64,000 nucleotides of DNA, from the NCBI GenBank assembly GCA_035708045.1, contig DASSTF010000201.1, forward strand, positions 5,295 through 69,294. Direction: 5' to 3'. The notes below the pieces were generated by a model. The model did no database searches. It worked only from the letters and a program-made list of their open reading frames with translations, and was not told the origin of the DNA. Both the position numbers and the translations under genes were made by a program. This document shows, one piece after another, positions 10,341 to 20,846 of the stretch (within the stretch, counting starts at the first letter, position 1; the number at the start of each line of letters is the position of its first letter). The DNA comes from Rhodanobacteraceae bacterium. GTDB lineage: Bacteria; Pseudomonadota; Gammaproteobacteria; Xanthomonadales; Rhodanobacteraceae.

Positions 10341-10347
10341 GATCTGG

Positions 10348-11625
10348 TCAAAGCCGGGCGTCGGCGGCGTCGCCGGGAAGGATACCCTTGACGTCGTAGA
10401 CGACGGCCGTGGGCTTGCCGAAAGCACGAATGCGCGCCCCGCCCATGTCGACGAACTGACGATGGCCCACGGTGATCACGACGGCGTCGTACGTACCCGG
10501 TTCGGGCTGCGCGACCGGTCGAATCGCGTATTCATGCTCGGCCTCGTCCGCGTTGACCCACGGGTCGTGCACGTCGACGTCCACGTTGTAACGGCGCAGC
10601 GTTTCGATGATGTCCACCACGCGGGTATTGCGCAAATCCGGGCAGTTCTCCTTGAATGCCAGCCCCAGGAGCAGTATCCGTGCGCCGACCGGGTTGATGC
10701 CCTTGCAGACGATCAGCCTGACGACCTCGCTGGCGATGTATCGGCCCATGCCGTCGTTGGTGCGCCGCCCGGCCAGGATCAGATCCGGATGGTGGCCGAC
10801 CTGCTGCGCCTTGTGGGTGAGATAGTACGGATCCACGCCGATGCAATGGCCGCCGACCAGGCCGGGCCGAAAGGCCAGGAAATTCCATTTGGTGCCGGCC
10901 GCTTTCAGCACGTCCAGCGTGTCGATGCCGAGCTTGTGGAACAGCACGGCCAGGTCGTTGATGAGTGCGATGTTGATGTCGCGTTGCGTGTTCTCGATCA
11001 CCTTGGCGGCCTCCGCCACCTTGATGCAGGGTGCCTTGTGCGTGCCGGCGTGGATGATCCTGCGGTACAGCGCGTCGACGAATTCGGCGGTTTCGGGCGT
11101 GGAGCCGGAGGTGACCTTGAGGATGTCGACCACGCGATGCTGCTTGTCGCCGGGATTGATGCGTTCGGGGCTGTAGCCCACCGTGAAGTCCTCGTTGAAG
11201 CGCAACCCGGAAGTGCTCTCCAGTTCCGGGACGCAGACTTCCTCGGTGGCGCCGGGGTACACGGTGGACTCGTAAATCACCACGTCGCCGGGTTCGAGAA
11301 ACTCGCCGATGGTGCGGCTGGCCTTGATCAGCGGAGTGAGATCCGGGCGTTTGTGCACGTCCACGGGCGTCGGGACCGTGACCACGAACACATGGCACTT
11401 CTTGAGCGCCTGCGGATCGGATGCGAAGACGAGCCGGGTGGCTGCAGCGAGTTCGTCGGGCGATGTCTCGCACGTATGGTCATGACCTTCGCGCAATTCG
11501 CGCACTCGTGCGTCGTTGATGTCGAAACCGATGACGTCGAACTGCTTGCCGAATTCGATGGCCAGGGGCAGTCCGACGTACCCCAGACCGACGATGGCAA
11601 TCTTCGGATCGTGCAATGTGTGCAT
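10348..11625 (-). CDS. UDP-N-acetylhexosamine C6-dehydrogenase (TviB/WbpO-like)
   Basis: VGLGYVGLPLA, ESTVYPG, GYSPERINPGD, AAKVIENTQRD and GGHCIGVDPYYL motifs. Confidence 0.92.
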   Translation of the reverse strand: MHTLHDPKIAIVGLGYVGLPLAIEFGKQFDVIGFDINDARVRELREGHDHTCETSPDELAAATRLVFASDPQALKKCHVFVVTVPTPVDVHKRPDLTPLIKASRTIGEFLEPGDVVIYESTVYPGATEEVCVPELESTSGLRFNEDFTVGYSPERINPGDKQHRVVDILKVTSGSTPETAEFVDALYRRIIHAGTHKAPCIKVAEAAKVIENTQRDINIALINDLAVLFHKLGIDTLDVLKAAGTKWNFLAFRPGLVGGHCIGVDPYYLTHKAQQVGHHPDLILAGRRTNDGMGRYIASEVVRLIVCKGINPVGARILLLGLAFKENCPDLRNTRVVDIIETLRRYNVDVDVHDPWVNADEAEHEYAIRPVAQPEPGTYDAVVITVGHRQFVDMGGARIRAFGKPTAVVYDVKGILPGDAADARL

Positions 11626-11740
11626 GGGCGTGTCCTTTTGAATGGGTACCGGTGTATTTCGTACCGGTGCCGGAGTAGGGAATGGCTTGTGACGGTGAAG
11701 CAGGCGAAGCGGCAGAGCGGATTGCCGCGCGGTTGCATGC

Positions 11741-12178
11741 TCAACCGGATCGAAGGTGGGGAAGCCAGGACTGCACGGCGGCATCGATCATTTGATAGGC
11801 ATCGTCGAAAGCCGAAGGCGGCTGGCCGAAGGGATCGGGAATGTCCGATGGTTGCTGCCACTGGCCCAGGAGAAAGATGCGTCTGCTCGCGTCCGGGGCG
11901 TCCTTCTTGATGCTGTCCACATGGGCCTGTTCCATGCCCAGGACGAGATCCGCCTGGGCGATCAGGCGGACATACAACTGGCGGGCCATGTGCATGCTGC
12001 CATCCAGGCCATGCATTTCGAGTACGGCCCTGGCCATGGGATCCATGGGGCTGCCACTCAGGGCGCCAAGACCTGCCGAGGACACGGTCAGCCCCGGCAC
12101 ATAGTGACGAAACAGGGCTTCAGCCGTAGGGCTGCGGCAGATATTGCCGGTGCATACCACCAGGATTCGTTGAAGCAC
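11741..12178 (-). CDS. wzb: Low-molecular-weight protein-tyrosine phosphatase (Wzb-like)
   Basis: P-loop VCTGNICRSP and IPDPF general acid. GTG start at 12178 assumed; the ORF extends to 12211. Confidence 0.88.
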   Translation of the reverse strand: MLQRILVVCTGNICRSPTAEALFRHYVPGLTVSSAGLGALSGSPMDPMARAVLEMHGLDGSMHMARQLYVRLIAQADLVLGMEQAHVDSIKKDAPDASRRIFLLGQWQQPSDIPDPFGQPPSAFDDAYQMIDAAVQSWLPHLRSG

Positions 12179-12211
12179 TTCGTGTTCATCCTCGTTGAAT
12201 TGACGAAACAC

Positions 12212-12745
12212 CCACCATTGAAAACAACGTGCCGTGCAAATGATGCAGATTTTTACAAGGTGTGTACTGAACGTGATTGATATTCAATGCATGACGAACA
12301 GCAAGTATTCACGGGCATGAAAATAATGTGCATGTCTCGATAGACTGGCAAAGTGCATGTGCCTTTTTTTCCTTCAAAAACGGCAATAGTTCATGCACGT
12401 GAAACGAACGTGGACGCCATGGCGGTTCAATGTCGTTCATGGAGCCCATGCATGTCATGGTCTATGGCGTTGCGGAACGTGGCCGGAAAGTGAAGGATAT
12501 TGATTAAAAAAATGTTTTTTAAATCATCATGTTATGTATATCTGTGTACTTCATCCAAGGTGTGTCCGCAAAGAGTGAAAAGGCGCATTTGAAACGTTCA
12601 TGGAGATAAAGCCGTCGTGCATTTCATGGATGGGTTTGCCTGCGTACATAAAAGTACTTGTTATGAAACGCGAAATGCGCATACTAACGACCGCATTACG
12701 GGGGTTATTGATTCGACATCGCATGCAATGGAGGTGGCGGAGGTC
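12212..12745. promoter_or_regulatory. AT-rich divergent promoter region between wzb-tviB-epimerase and the main EPS operon
   Basis: About 530 bp non-coding and visibly AT-rich. A near-consensus sigma54 motif CGGCACGTTGTTTTC (TTTC for TTGC) lies on the minus strand at 12220-12234. Confidence 0.55.
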
Positions 12746-14146
12746 ATGTATCGGTGGTTTCGACAGAGAGCCTTTCAATGGCAGATTCTTCTGGTACTTG
12801 TCGAATTCATGCTGCTGGCAGGCTGCGTTTACGCCGCTGCGGATCTCCGCTACCTGGGGCATGAGGGCACGCAGGCCACGTTTCTGGATGCTCTTGACTG
12901 GCGTCCATTGCCGATTGCGATGGTGTTGATACTGGCAATGTCGGCCCTGGGTCTTTATCACGTGCATCTGCCGTCCAGTTGGCACAGTCGATTGAACCGG
13001 CAGGTGGTCGCCTTCGTGCTCGGCTGGGTGGCGTTGACGGTGCTTTATTACGCATTCCCGACCGCGTACGTCGGACGTGGCGTGCTTGGCATCTCGCTGC
13101 TGCTGGGATTCGCGGTCGTGGTCTTGTGGCGAATGGTGTTTGCCGGTCTGGCGGACGCCAACTTGTTCAAGCGTCGCATCGTCATGCTGGGCGCCGGCAG
13201 GCGCGCCGTGGCGGTGGTGAACCGGATGGCGAACAAGATCGACCAGCGCGGGTTCCTGATACTTGGATATGTACCGGTCGGCAACGATCCCGTGGCCGTT
13301 CCGGCTTCGGCGCTGCTCCGTCCGCACATGACGCTTTGCGAATGGGCGAAGCGGTTCGGCGTGGACGAGATCGTGGTGGGCCCGGATGATCGTCGCGGCA
13401 CGCTGCAGATCGACGACCTGCTCGAATGCAAGAAGCGCGGCATCGCGGTGACCGAGCTGGAAGCCTTCTTCGAGCGGGAAGCCGGCACCATCCAGATAGA
13501 CCCGACCAGCCCGTCATGGCTGGTGTTTTCCGAGGGTTTCAATCATTCACCGATCCAGCGCGTGATCAAGCGCGGGTTCGACCTGGCCGTGGCCACGGTC
13601 GTGCTGCTGCTGGCGTTGCCGCTCATGGGATTGACCGCGCTGGCCATCTGGCTGGAATCGGGATGGCGTGCGCCGGTTCTGTACCGGCAATTGCGCGTGG
13701 GCGAGCACGGACGCCCGTTTCCGCTGATCAAGTTTCGCAGCATGCGTGTGGATGCCGAAGGCGACGGCGTCGCACGTTGGGCAAGCCAGAACGATTCGCG
13801 CGTGACCAGGGTCGGGCGAATCATCCGCAAGACGCGGCTGGATGAGCTGCCGCAACTGTGGAACGTCCTCCGCGGCGACATGAGCATCATCGGTCCGCGC
13901 CCGGAACGACCGAATTTCGTGGACGACTTCAACGTGCGCATTCGTTATTACCCGCTGCGGCACTGCATCAAGCCGGGCCTGACCGGGTGGGCACAACTTC
14001 GCTACCCCTACGGAGCCTCGTTCGAGGATGCCGTGGAAAAGCTGAAGTTCGATCTGTTCTACGTGAAAAACCACAACATCGTGTTCGACATGGCGATCCT
14101 GATCCAGACGGTCGAGGTCGTGCTGTATGGACGCGGTGCCCGCTGA
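12746..14146 (+). CDS. Priming sugar transferase (polyprenyl glycosylphosphotransferase), PEP-CTERM/XrtA-associated type
   Basis: N-terminal TMs, then KRGFDL, KFRSM, RKTRLDELPQLWNVLRGDMSIIGPRPERP and KPGLTGWAQ. GGAGG RBS. Confidence 0.92.
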   Translation: MYRWFRQRAFQWQILLVLVEFMLLAGCVYAAADLRYLGHEGTQATFLDALDWRPLPIAMVLILAMSALGLYHVHLPSSWHSRLNRQVVAFVLGWVALTVLYYAFPTAYVGRGVLGISLLLGFAVVVLWRMVFAGLADANLFKRRIVMLGAGRRAVAVVNRMANKIDQRGFLILGYVPVGNDPVAVPASALLRPHMTLCEWAKRFGVDEIVVGPDDRRGTLQIDDLLECKKRGIAVTELEAFFEREAGTIQIDPTSPSWLVFSEGFNHSPIQRVIKRGFDLAVATVVLLLALPLMGLTALAIWLESGWRAPVLYRQLRVGEHGRPFPLIKFRSMRVDAEGDGVARWASQNDSRVTRVGRIIRKTRLDELPQLWNVLRGDMSIIGPRPERPNFVDDFNVRIRYYPLRHCIKPGLTGWAQLRYPYGASFEDAVEKLKFDLFYVKNHNIVFDMAILIQTVEVVLYGRGAR

Positions 14147-14165
14147 GACTTTGGAGGAAAAGCCA

Positions 14166-14783
14166 GTGAAATCACATTCGTTGAAGGTCATCCTGCTGCT
14201 GGTCATGGCTTCGGGCTTGCTGTTGCTGGCAGGCTGCGGCACGACGCCGACATACGATCCCGCGGCTTCCGCACCGATGACGCATTACGAGATCGGAGCG
14301 GGTGACACGCTGGAGATTTTCGTGCGCAACAACCCGAATCTGACGACCAGCGTCCCGGTGCGTCCGGATGGGCGCATCTCGATCCCCCTGGTGCAGTCCG
14401 TGATGGCCGCCGGCAAGACACCCGAGCAATTGGCCAGCGAGCTGGAAACGGCGCTGGGCCAGTACATCCGGTCGCCCATGGTGACCGTCATCGTGAAGGG
14501 TTTCGTCGGGGCGTTCGACCAGCAGGTACGCGTCGTGGGGCAAGCGACGACGCCCAAGGCGGTGCCGTACCGCCGCGGCATGACCTTGCTGGACGTGATG
14601 ATCAGGGTAGGCGGGATGACCAAATTTGCCGACGGCAACGACGCCAAGATCATCCGTCGCCTGTCCAATGGCCAGGAAAAGACCATACGGGTACGGCTCG
14701 CCGACCTGATGGATGGCGAGGTCAAATACAACCAGGCCATGCATCCCGGCGACATCCTGATCATTCCCCAATCGATGTTTTGA
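14166..14783 (+). CDS. Polysaccharide export lipoprotein (short Wza/OPX type)
   Basis: Lipobox LLAGC, poly_export motif IGAGDTL...VRPDGRISIPLV and an SLBB domain. GTG start after GGAGGA. Confidence 0.9.
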   Translation: MKSHSLKVILLLVMASGLLLLAGCGTTPTYDPAASAPMTHYEIGAGDTLEIFVRNNPNLTTSVPVRPDGRISIPLVQSVMAAGKTPEQLASELETALGQYIRSPMVTVIVKGFVGAFDQQVRVVGQATTPKAVPYRRGMTLLDVMIRVGGMTKFADGNDAKIIRRLSNGQEKTIRVRLADLMDGEVKYNQAMHPGDILIIPQSMF

Positions 14784-14834
14784 GTCGGTGGTTGCGAGGA
14801 CGCAACCATGGTTCCTGATGCCGGGAGAGAACGC

Positions 14835-16352
14835 ATGAAGCAGAAATCGTCTGTTGAATTCAACGAGCTGTACCAGCACGTGCTGCTGGAGGCGCGTGCC
14901 GCCTGGCGCTACCGCTGGCATGCGCTGATCTTTGCATGGTGCGTGGCGATCGCGGGCGCGTTGCTCGTCTTCACCCTCCCGAACCAGTACGAATCCAGCG
15001 CCCAGGTGTATGCCGACACCGATGCGTTGACGAACCCGCTGCTGCACGGGGTGACGGTGAAGCCGGATGTGCGTCAGCGTCTGAAAATCATTACGCATAC
15101 GCTGCTTTCCCGGCCCAATCTCGAATCCGTGGCGGACAAGACCGGATTGTCCCTGCGCGCCACCACGCCGGAAGACAAGGCGCAATTGCTGGACGATCTG
15201 GAATCCAGGGTAAAAATCAGCAACGCCGGCGCCAGCAACCTTTACAACATCAGCTACGTCGATACCGACAAGGAAATGGCGCCCAAAGTCGTGCAGGCGT
15301 TCCTCCAGATTCTCATGAACGAGACGCTTGGGCAAAACAGCTTTTCCAGCGCCACGGCACAGAAGTTTCTGCAACAGCAGGTCGACGACTACAGCAACAA
15401 GTTGAATGACGCGGAGCAGAAACTGGCGGCATTCAAGAAAAGCCATCTGGGCTATCTGCCAAGTCAAAACGCAGGCGATTATTTCTCGCGGCTGGAGAAT
15501 GAAAAAGCCCGGTTGCAGGAACTGCAAAGCCGGTATGCCGCGGCGGAGACTGTCGGCCCATCGCCCGTTCAGCGGCGGGTGAATCCACGCGTCGCTGACA
15601 TCAACCACCAGATCGATGTCTATCAGAAGCAGCTCAACACCTTGCTGTTGAGTTACACGGACGCCTATCCCGATGTGGTATCAATAAAGCGAAAAATCAA
15701 GGAGTTGCAGGAAAGACGCAAAGGGCTTCCCACGTACGTGATGGGCGGAACCGCAGCGGCCGGTTCAGGCGGCGGCCAGGGTGATGCCAGGTATCTGGCC
15801 GCGCAGATTGCCGGTCAGAAACGGCGCATAGCCGATCTGGAAAGCAAGGCCGGCAAAGCTGCCGACGTGCAGGTGACGTTGCAGCAGCTGACGCGCAATT
15901 ACGCGACGACCAAAGCCCAGTACGACGAACTGGTGTCGCGGTTGAATACGGCGAAATTGTCGCAGGCGGCGGTACAGAGTGGCAACAACCTGAAATTCCG
16001 CGTGGTCAACCCGCCGATCGTACCGGTATTGCCCGAAAGCCCGAAACGCGGGCTGCTTCTGCTCGTCGTGTTCGCATTCGCCGTGGGCCTGGGGCTGGCT
16101 TTCGCGTATTTCCTGCACAAGATCAAACCGGTATTCACGAGCCTGAAAAGTCTGCGCGATTTCAGCGATTACCCGGTGATGGGTACTTTCCAGCTTATCC
16201 GTTCCCGAGCCTTGCGCGTGGCCAAGCGCGGCGAGGTCATCGGGTTTTGTACCGGCGTCCTCCTGTTGGCGGCCGTCCTCGCGCTGGGCTTTGCCTATGA
16301 CGAATCTCTCGCCAACACGGTTCAGCACATTTTTGTCGCGGGTGTCTCATGA
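14835..16352 (+). CDS. Polysaccharide chain-length determinant (PCP/Wzc membrane part)
   Basis: Two TMs flank a coiled-coil region. YTDAYPDV motif and Pro-rich VVNPPIVPVLPESPKR before the second TM. Confidence 0.9.
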   Translation: MKQKSSVEFNELYQHVLLEARAAWRYRWHALIFAWCVAIAGALLVFTLPNQYESSAQVYADTDALTNPLLHGVTVKPDVRQRLKIITHTLLSRPNLESVADKTGLSLRATTPEDKAQLLDDLESRVKISNAGASNLYNISYVDTDKEMAPKVVQAFLQILMNETLGQNSFSSATAQKFLQQQVDDYSNKLNDAEQKLAAFKKSHLGYLPSQNAGDYFSRLENEKARLQELQSRYAAAETVGPSPVQRRVNPRVADINHQIDVYQKQLNTLLLSYTDAYPDVVSIKRKIKELQERRKGLPTYVMGGTAAAGSGGGQGDARYLAAQIAGQKRRIADLESKAGKAADVQVTLQQLTRNYATTKAQYDELVSRLNTAKLSQAAVQSGNNLKFRVVNPPIVPVLPESPKRGLLLLVVFAFAVGLGLAFAYFLHKIKPVFTSLKSLRDFSDYPVMGTFQLIRSRALRVAKRGEVIGFCTGVLLLAAVLALGFAYDESLANTVQHIFVAGVS

Positions 16353-17263
16353 GCATTGTCGAAAAAGCGGCCGAAAAACTGAAAAACCTGCAACCCGGCG
16401 AATTGCCGCCGCCGCAGGATGCCGACGCTGCAGTGCCTCCCGTCGCATCGACGCTGGAGCGCGCGCATGAGCGGATGCAGGAAGCGAAACCGGCGGATGC
16501 GGACGCCGCCACGCCGCCATGGCACGTGGATATGAAGCGACTCAAGCGTGCGGGACTCATTCCCGGCGAGGTCGATGCCGCACGCCGGCTCGGTGACGAG
16601 GTGCGTCGCGTCAAGCGCCCTTTGTTGAACAACCTGGGCGGCAAGCGCGCGGCCAGGTTCGCTCATGCCGAGCGCATCGTGGTGACCAGTGCGGTGCCGG
16701 GCGAGGGCAAGTCGTTCACCTCGTTGAATCTTGCCCTGAGCCTGGCGCGGGAGCCGGATTTCGAGGTGTTGCTGATCGATGGCGACGTGCCCAAGTCCAA
16801 CATCACCCAGTCCCTCGGGCTTGAAGACAGGCCCGGACTGATGGATCTGCTGGTGCACAAGGACATGCAGCCGGCCGATGTCATCGTCAGAACGGATGTA
16901 CCGAATTTTCTGGTGGTGCCCGCGGGCCAGCGCCACCCGCTGACCACGGAGCTATTCGGTGGACGCCGCATGGAGCATGTGCTCGACGCATGGGACAGAC
17001 CGGATCGGCAGCGCCTTCTGGTATTCGATTCATCGCCGCTGCTGGCGACGTCGGAAGCCCAGGTGCTGGCTTCGCACATGGGGCAGGTCGTCATGATCGT
17101 GGCCGCGGGGCGTACCCGCCGGCAGGAACTCAATACCGCCATGCAGAGTTTGAGCGAGTCCCAATACATCGGCTTCGTGCTCAACATGAGCCGTTTGCAG
17201 GCAAGCGAGAACCACTATTACGACAGCTATTACAGCAACTGCTACTCCGCGATCAGCGAGTGA
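16349..17263 (+). CDS. BY-kinase (stand-alone tyrosine autokinase)
   Basis: Walker A SAVPGEGKS, LLIDGD, VFDSSP and a C-terminal Tyr cluster HYYDSYYSNCY. ATGA overlap with the upstream gene. Confidence 0.9.
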   Translation: MSIVEKAAEKLKNLQPGELPPPQDADAAVPPVASTLERAHERMQEAKPADADAATPPWHVDMKRLKRAGLIPGEVDAARRLGDEVRRVKRPLLNNLGGKRAARFAHAERIVVTSAVPGEGKSFTSLNLALSLAREPDFEVLLIDGDVPKSNITQSLGLEDRPGLMDLLVHKDMQPADVIVRTDVPNFLVVPAGQRHPLTTELFGGRRMEHVLDAWDRPDRQRLLVFDSSPLLATSEAQVLASHMGQVVMIVAAGRTRRQELNTAMQSLSESQYIGFVLNMSRLQASENHYYDSYYSNCYSAISE

Positions 17264-17273
17264 GTGAGAAGGA

Positions 17274-18851
17274 ATGCGCACACTATATGTTCCGGTAATC
17301 TTGTCGTCGATGATCCTGGCCGCCCTGGCAACGCAGGCGATGGCGCAGGATGTCGATCATCAGACGACGCCGACCGTGACCACCGGCGCCAATGGCGACA
17401 CCATCGGCTCTGGCGAAACATCCACGGACAAGACGGATCTGCCGCCAGGCGTCATCTGGCAGCCGACCCTCGAGTCTCCCGGCCTGGTCACGGGTTTCAC
17501 GCTTGGCGAGTTGTATACCGACAACCTGAGGCTCGCCAGCGACAACCAGTCGAAGGAAAACGGGTGGATCACCGTGGTGAAGCCGTTCGTCAAGGCGGCC
17601 TACAGCGGGCGACGGTTTTCCGGCGTGCTGGATGCCGCGCTCACCGGGTATCTGTACGCGAACCACGGCAACGACAATCAGCTGGCGCAGCATCTGGATG
17701 CCCACGGCACGCTGGCGATGGTGCAGGAGCATCTGTTCCTGGACGGCGCCGCTACCTACAGGCGCGCCATCATCAACCATGAACGCCCCGCCGGCTCGGG
17801 CACGTTTTTTCTTAGCAACAACCGCGCCAATGTGGGAACCGCCATGCTCAGCCCCTATTGGGTCCAGGGGCTTGGCCGCGTCGGCACCATGACCTTGCGT
17901 TACACGCGCGGGTGGGTGACGTACAACCGCAACGGCATTCCCGGCGTGAGCGACAATCCGCTGGCCGGCGTTCCCGACATCCGCACTTACGGTCTCGATT
18001 TCAGCATCGTCAGTCCCATGGATCAGACATGGGGCTGGGGGCTGTCGTATGCCGGCAACCGCATCAAGTCGGACAAGGGTTTGTCGCTGCACTTTGCAAA
18101 GGCCAAGGCGAAGCTGTCGCGGGAGCTCGGCATGCATGGCCGCGTGCTGGTCGAGGGCGGCAAGGAGAATCATTATTATCCCGACGGCCACGTGGACACG
18201 CTTGGGGCCACGTTCTGGGCCGTCGGCTACACATGGAACAATCCGCGCAACACGTTCAGGCTGACCGGCGGGCACCGGTTCTATGGGCGCAGTGGAGAGT
18301 TCTACTGGCGGCATGAGGCCAGTCGGCTGACCACCCATGTGGAGTACATGGAGCGACCGACGGATCTCAATCAGCAGCTGATGGAATCCTATACCGGCGT
18401 GGGCCTGTATTTCACCGACATCGGCGTGGGAATTCCTTCGCTGCTCGAACATCGCGTCTATCTGATGAAGCGCGCCTCGGCTTCGGCCGATTACCTGATG
18501 CCCAACGGGCGCTTGTCCCTGACGCTGTTCAACGAAGTGCGTGATTATTTTCTGCGCGACACGGGCCACGAAACGATTTCGGACGCGCACCTGTCGTGGC
18601 GCGTCGACCTGGGCCCTCTCACCGCGCTGACCCCGACGCTCGGCTGGCGGCGCTATCGGTTTGCCGACAGTCAGATCAACTACACCCGCTACGTGCAGCT
18701 GTCGGCGGTTCACGAGTTCAGTCCCGTCAATTCCATCAGCCTGCGCTTGCGTCACGAATCGCGCAGCACGAACGCCGCAGCGGCATACGGACTTGGCTAC
18801 AAGGCCAACGTGATCTTCCTCAGCTGGACGCATCTTTTCCAGGGAGGCTGA
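17274..18851 (+). CDS. Outer-membrane beta-barrel protein associated with PEP-CTERM EPS loci
   Basis: Signal peptide, ELYTDNL motif, alternating beta-strand pattern, C-terminal LSWTHLF, and canonical position between kinase and ATPase. Confidence 0.8.
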   Translation: MRTLYVPVILSSMILAALATQAMAQDVDHQTTPTVTTGANGDTIGSGETSTDKTDLPPGVIWQPTLESPGLVTGFTLGELYTDNLRLASDNQSKENGWITVVKPFVKAAYSGRRFSGVLDAALTGYLYANHGNDNQLAQHLDAHGTLAMVQEHLFLDGAATYRRAIINHERPAGSGTFFLSNNRANVGTAMLSPYWVQGLGRVGTMTLRYTRGWVTYNRNGIPGVSDNPLAGVPDIRTYGLDFSIVSPMDQTWGWGLSYAGNRIKSDKGLSLHFAKAKAKLSRELGMHGRVLVEGGKENHYYPDGHVDTLGATFWAVGYTWNNPRNTFRLTGGHRFYGRSGEFYWRHEASRLTTHVEYMERPTDLNQQLMESYTGVGLYFTDIGVGIPSLLEHRVYLMKRASASADYLMPNGRLSLTLFNEVRDYFLRDTGHETISDAHLSWRVDLGPLTALTPTLGWRRYRFADSQINYTRYVQLSAVHEFSPVNSISLRLRHESRSTNAAAAYGLGYKANVIFLSWTHLFQGG

Positions 18852-18852
18852 G

Positions 18853-19920
18853 ATGTACGAAACGTTCTACAAACTTGACGGCAAGCCGTTCCGTCTGACT
18901 CCGGACGCGGGAATGCTGTTCCCCAGCAAGGGCCACAAGCGCGCCATGTCCTACCTGTTGTACGGGTTCGAGCAGGGCGAGGGCTTCGTGATGATCACCG
19001 GCCCGGTCGGCACGGGCAAGACGCTGTTGATCCAGAAACTCATGGAAGATCTTTCGCATCGCCACATCGCCATGGCCAGCATCGCCTCGGCCAACCTCGA
19101 TGGCGAGGACATCCTGCCGGCGGTAGCGGCGGAGTTCGACCTGCCTTTCGAGAAACGCGGCAAGGAGGCGCTGCTGCAGGATCTGAAACGGCACCTGATC
19201 TCGTTGTGCAACCAGCATACGCACGCCCTGCTGGTGGTGGACGAAGCGCAGACGTTGACGCCGAAGGCGCTGGAGATGTTGCGCATCCTGTCGAATTTCG
19301 AAGTCAAGGGACGGGCGCTGCTGCAGGTGTTCCTGGTCGGCCAGACCGAGCTCAGGGGCATCATGGTCAGCAACAACCTGGAGCAGTTGCGTCAGCGCAT
19401 CATTGCTTCCTATCGGCTTGAACCCATGGATGTGGACGAAAGCCGGGAGTACATCCTGCACCGTCTGCATGCCGTCGGCTGGAGCAACGATCCGGAGCTT
19501 GACCCCGACATCTTTGCCGCCGTGCACGAGGCCGGTCGCGGCATTCCGCGCAAGATCAACCTCATCATGGATCGCCTGTTGCTTTACGGATATCTGGAAG
19601 AGCTCCACAGGCTGGATGAGTCCGCGCTCGCCAACGTGATGAAGGAAATGAGCGAGGAAATGGCCGACGTTCCGCAAACGCTGGAACCCGCTTCGGCAGA
19701 CCGGCAGCCGAAACCGAAACGCGTTCCGCCGTACGCGATGTCCGGCGGTGATCTCGCCGCGTTGAAACTGCAGCTCAAATTCAACAACGCCCTGTTGCGG
19801 CTGATGCGCGACGAATTGCGGCTCAAGCAGGTGAAGCCGCCGGAGGATCCGGCGCTCGACACGGACGACTCCCGGCTCGCTGCCGCCCAGCCCATCAACG
19901 CAGGATCCGAAAACGCATGA
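18853..19920 (+). CDS. ExeA-like AAA ATPase, XrtA-system associated
   Basis: MYETFYKLDGKPFRLTPD, Walker A GPVGTGKT, Walker B LVVDEAQ, LVGQTEL and GIPRKIN. Confidence 0.9.
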   Translation: MYETFYKLDGKPFRLTPDAGMLFPSKGHKRAMSYLLYGFEQGEGFVMITGPVGTGKTLLIQKLMEDLSHRHIAMASIASANLDGEDILPAVAAEFDLPFEKRGKEALLQDLKRHLISLCNQHTHALLVVDEAQTLTPKALEMLRILSNFEVKGRALLQVFLVGQTELRGIMVSNNLEQLRQRIIASYRLEPMDVDESREYILHRLHAVGWSNDPELDPDIFAAVHEAGRGIPRKINLIMDRLLLYGYLEELHRLDESALANVMKEMSEEMADVPQTLEPASADRQPKPKRVPPYAMSGGDLAALKLQLKFNNALLRLMRDELRLKQVKPPEDPALDTDDSRLAAAQPINAGSENA

Positions 19921-20846
19921 GCACGTTGTCGCCGCAAGCCGCGCCGATCGTCAATGCCATGACGGTGGACGTCGAGGATTACTTTCAGGTGGCGGCTTTT
20001 GAAAATTGCATTCCGCGCGACCAGTGGTCGCGTTGGCCCATGCGTGTCGAAACCAACACGCAGCGGATCCTGGAACTGTTCGCGCGCCGGCACATCCATG
20101 CGACCTTCTTCGTGCTTGGCTGGGTGGCCGAGCGTTTTCCCGCGCTGGTGCGCGCCATCGGCGCCGCCGGGCACGAGATCGCAAGCCATGGTTATGGCCA
20201 TGAGCGGCTGGTCAACCTGAGCCGCGACAAGTTCCGGCAGGGCATCGTCCGCACCAAGCATCTGCTGGAAGACATCGGCGGTTCGGCGGTGTTCGGCTAT
20301 CGCGCGCCGAGTTATTCCATCGGCCCGACCACGCTGTGGGCACACGAGGTGTTGCGCCAATGCGGGTATCGATACAGCTCCAGCATCGTGCCGATCCGGC
20401 ATGATCTTTACGGCATGCCGGCGGCGCCGCGATTCCCCTTTTTCACGGGCAGCCCGGGGCTGCTCGAAGTGCCGGTGACCACCGTGCGGATTGGCGGACG
20501 CAACTGGCCGTGCGGCGGCGGCGGCTACTTCCGCCTGTTGCCCTATGCGTTGTTCATGCGCGGCTTCAGGCGTGTCAACGATCGCGATCGGCGCCCCGGC
20601 GTGTTCTATTTCCACCCCTGGGAAGTCGATCCACGGCAGCCGCGGGTGACCGGTGCGACAACCAGGAACCGCATACGTCACTACCTCAACCTGGATCGCA
20701 CGGCGTCGCGGGTCGAGCGTCTCGTCCGTGATTTTCGCTTCGATCGCATGGACCGCGTGTTTCTCGACGTCGAACGCGCCAGCTATCCGGTGGTGAAGCT
20801 GGAGGCGGTCATTCCCATGGGCCAGGGCAGGGTGCGCCATGCTTGA
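19917..20846 (+). CDS. Polysaccharide deacetylase (CE4/NodB-like), XrtA-system associated
   Basis: TVDVEDYFQV, ATFFVLGW, HEIASHGYGH, GYRAPSYS and FYFHPWE motifs. Confidence 0.9.
   Translation: MSTLSPQAAPIVNAMTVDVEDYFQVAAFENCIPRDQWSRWPMRVETNTQRILELFARRHIHATFFVLGWVAERFPALVRAIGAAGHEIASHGYGHERLVNLSRDKFRQGIVRTKHLLEDIGGSAVFGYRAPSYSIGPTTLWAHEVLRQCGYRYSSSIVPIRHDLYGMPAAPRFPFFTGSPGLLEVPVTTVRIGGRNWPCGGGGYFRLLPYALFMRGFRRVNDRDRRPGVFYFHPWEVDPRQPRVTGATTRNRIRHYLNLDRTASRVERLVRDFRFDRMDRVFLDVERASYPVVKLEAVIPMGQGRVRHA

Noticed and set aside
12345-12362. Sigma54 promoter CTGGCAAAGTGCATGTGC for the main EPS operon
   Set aside because: The GG to GC spacing is not 10 nt.
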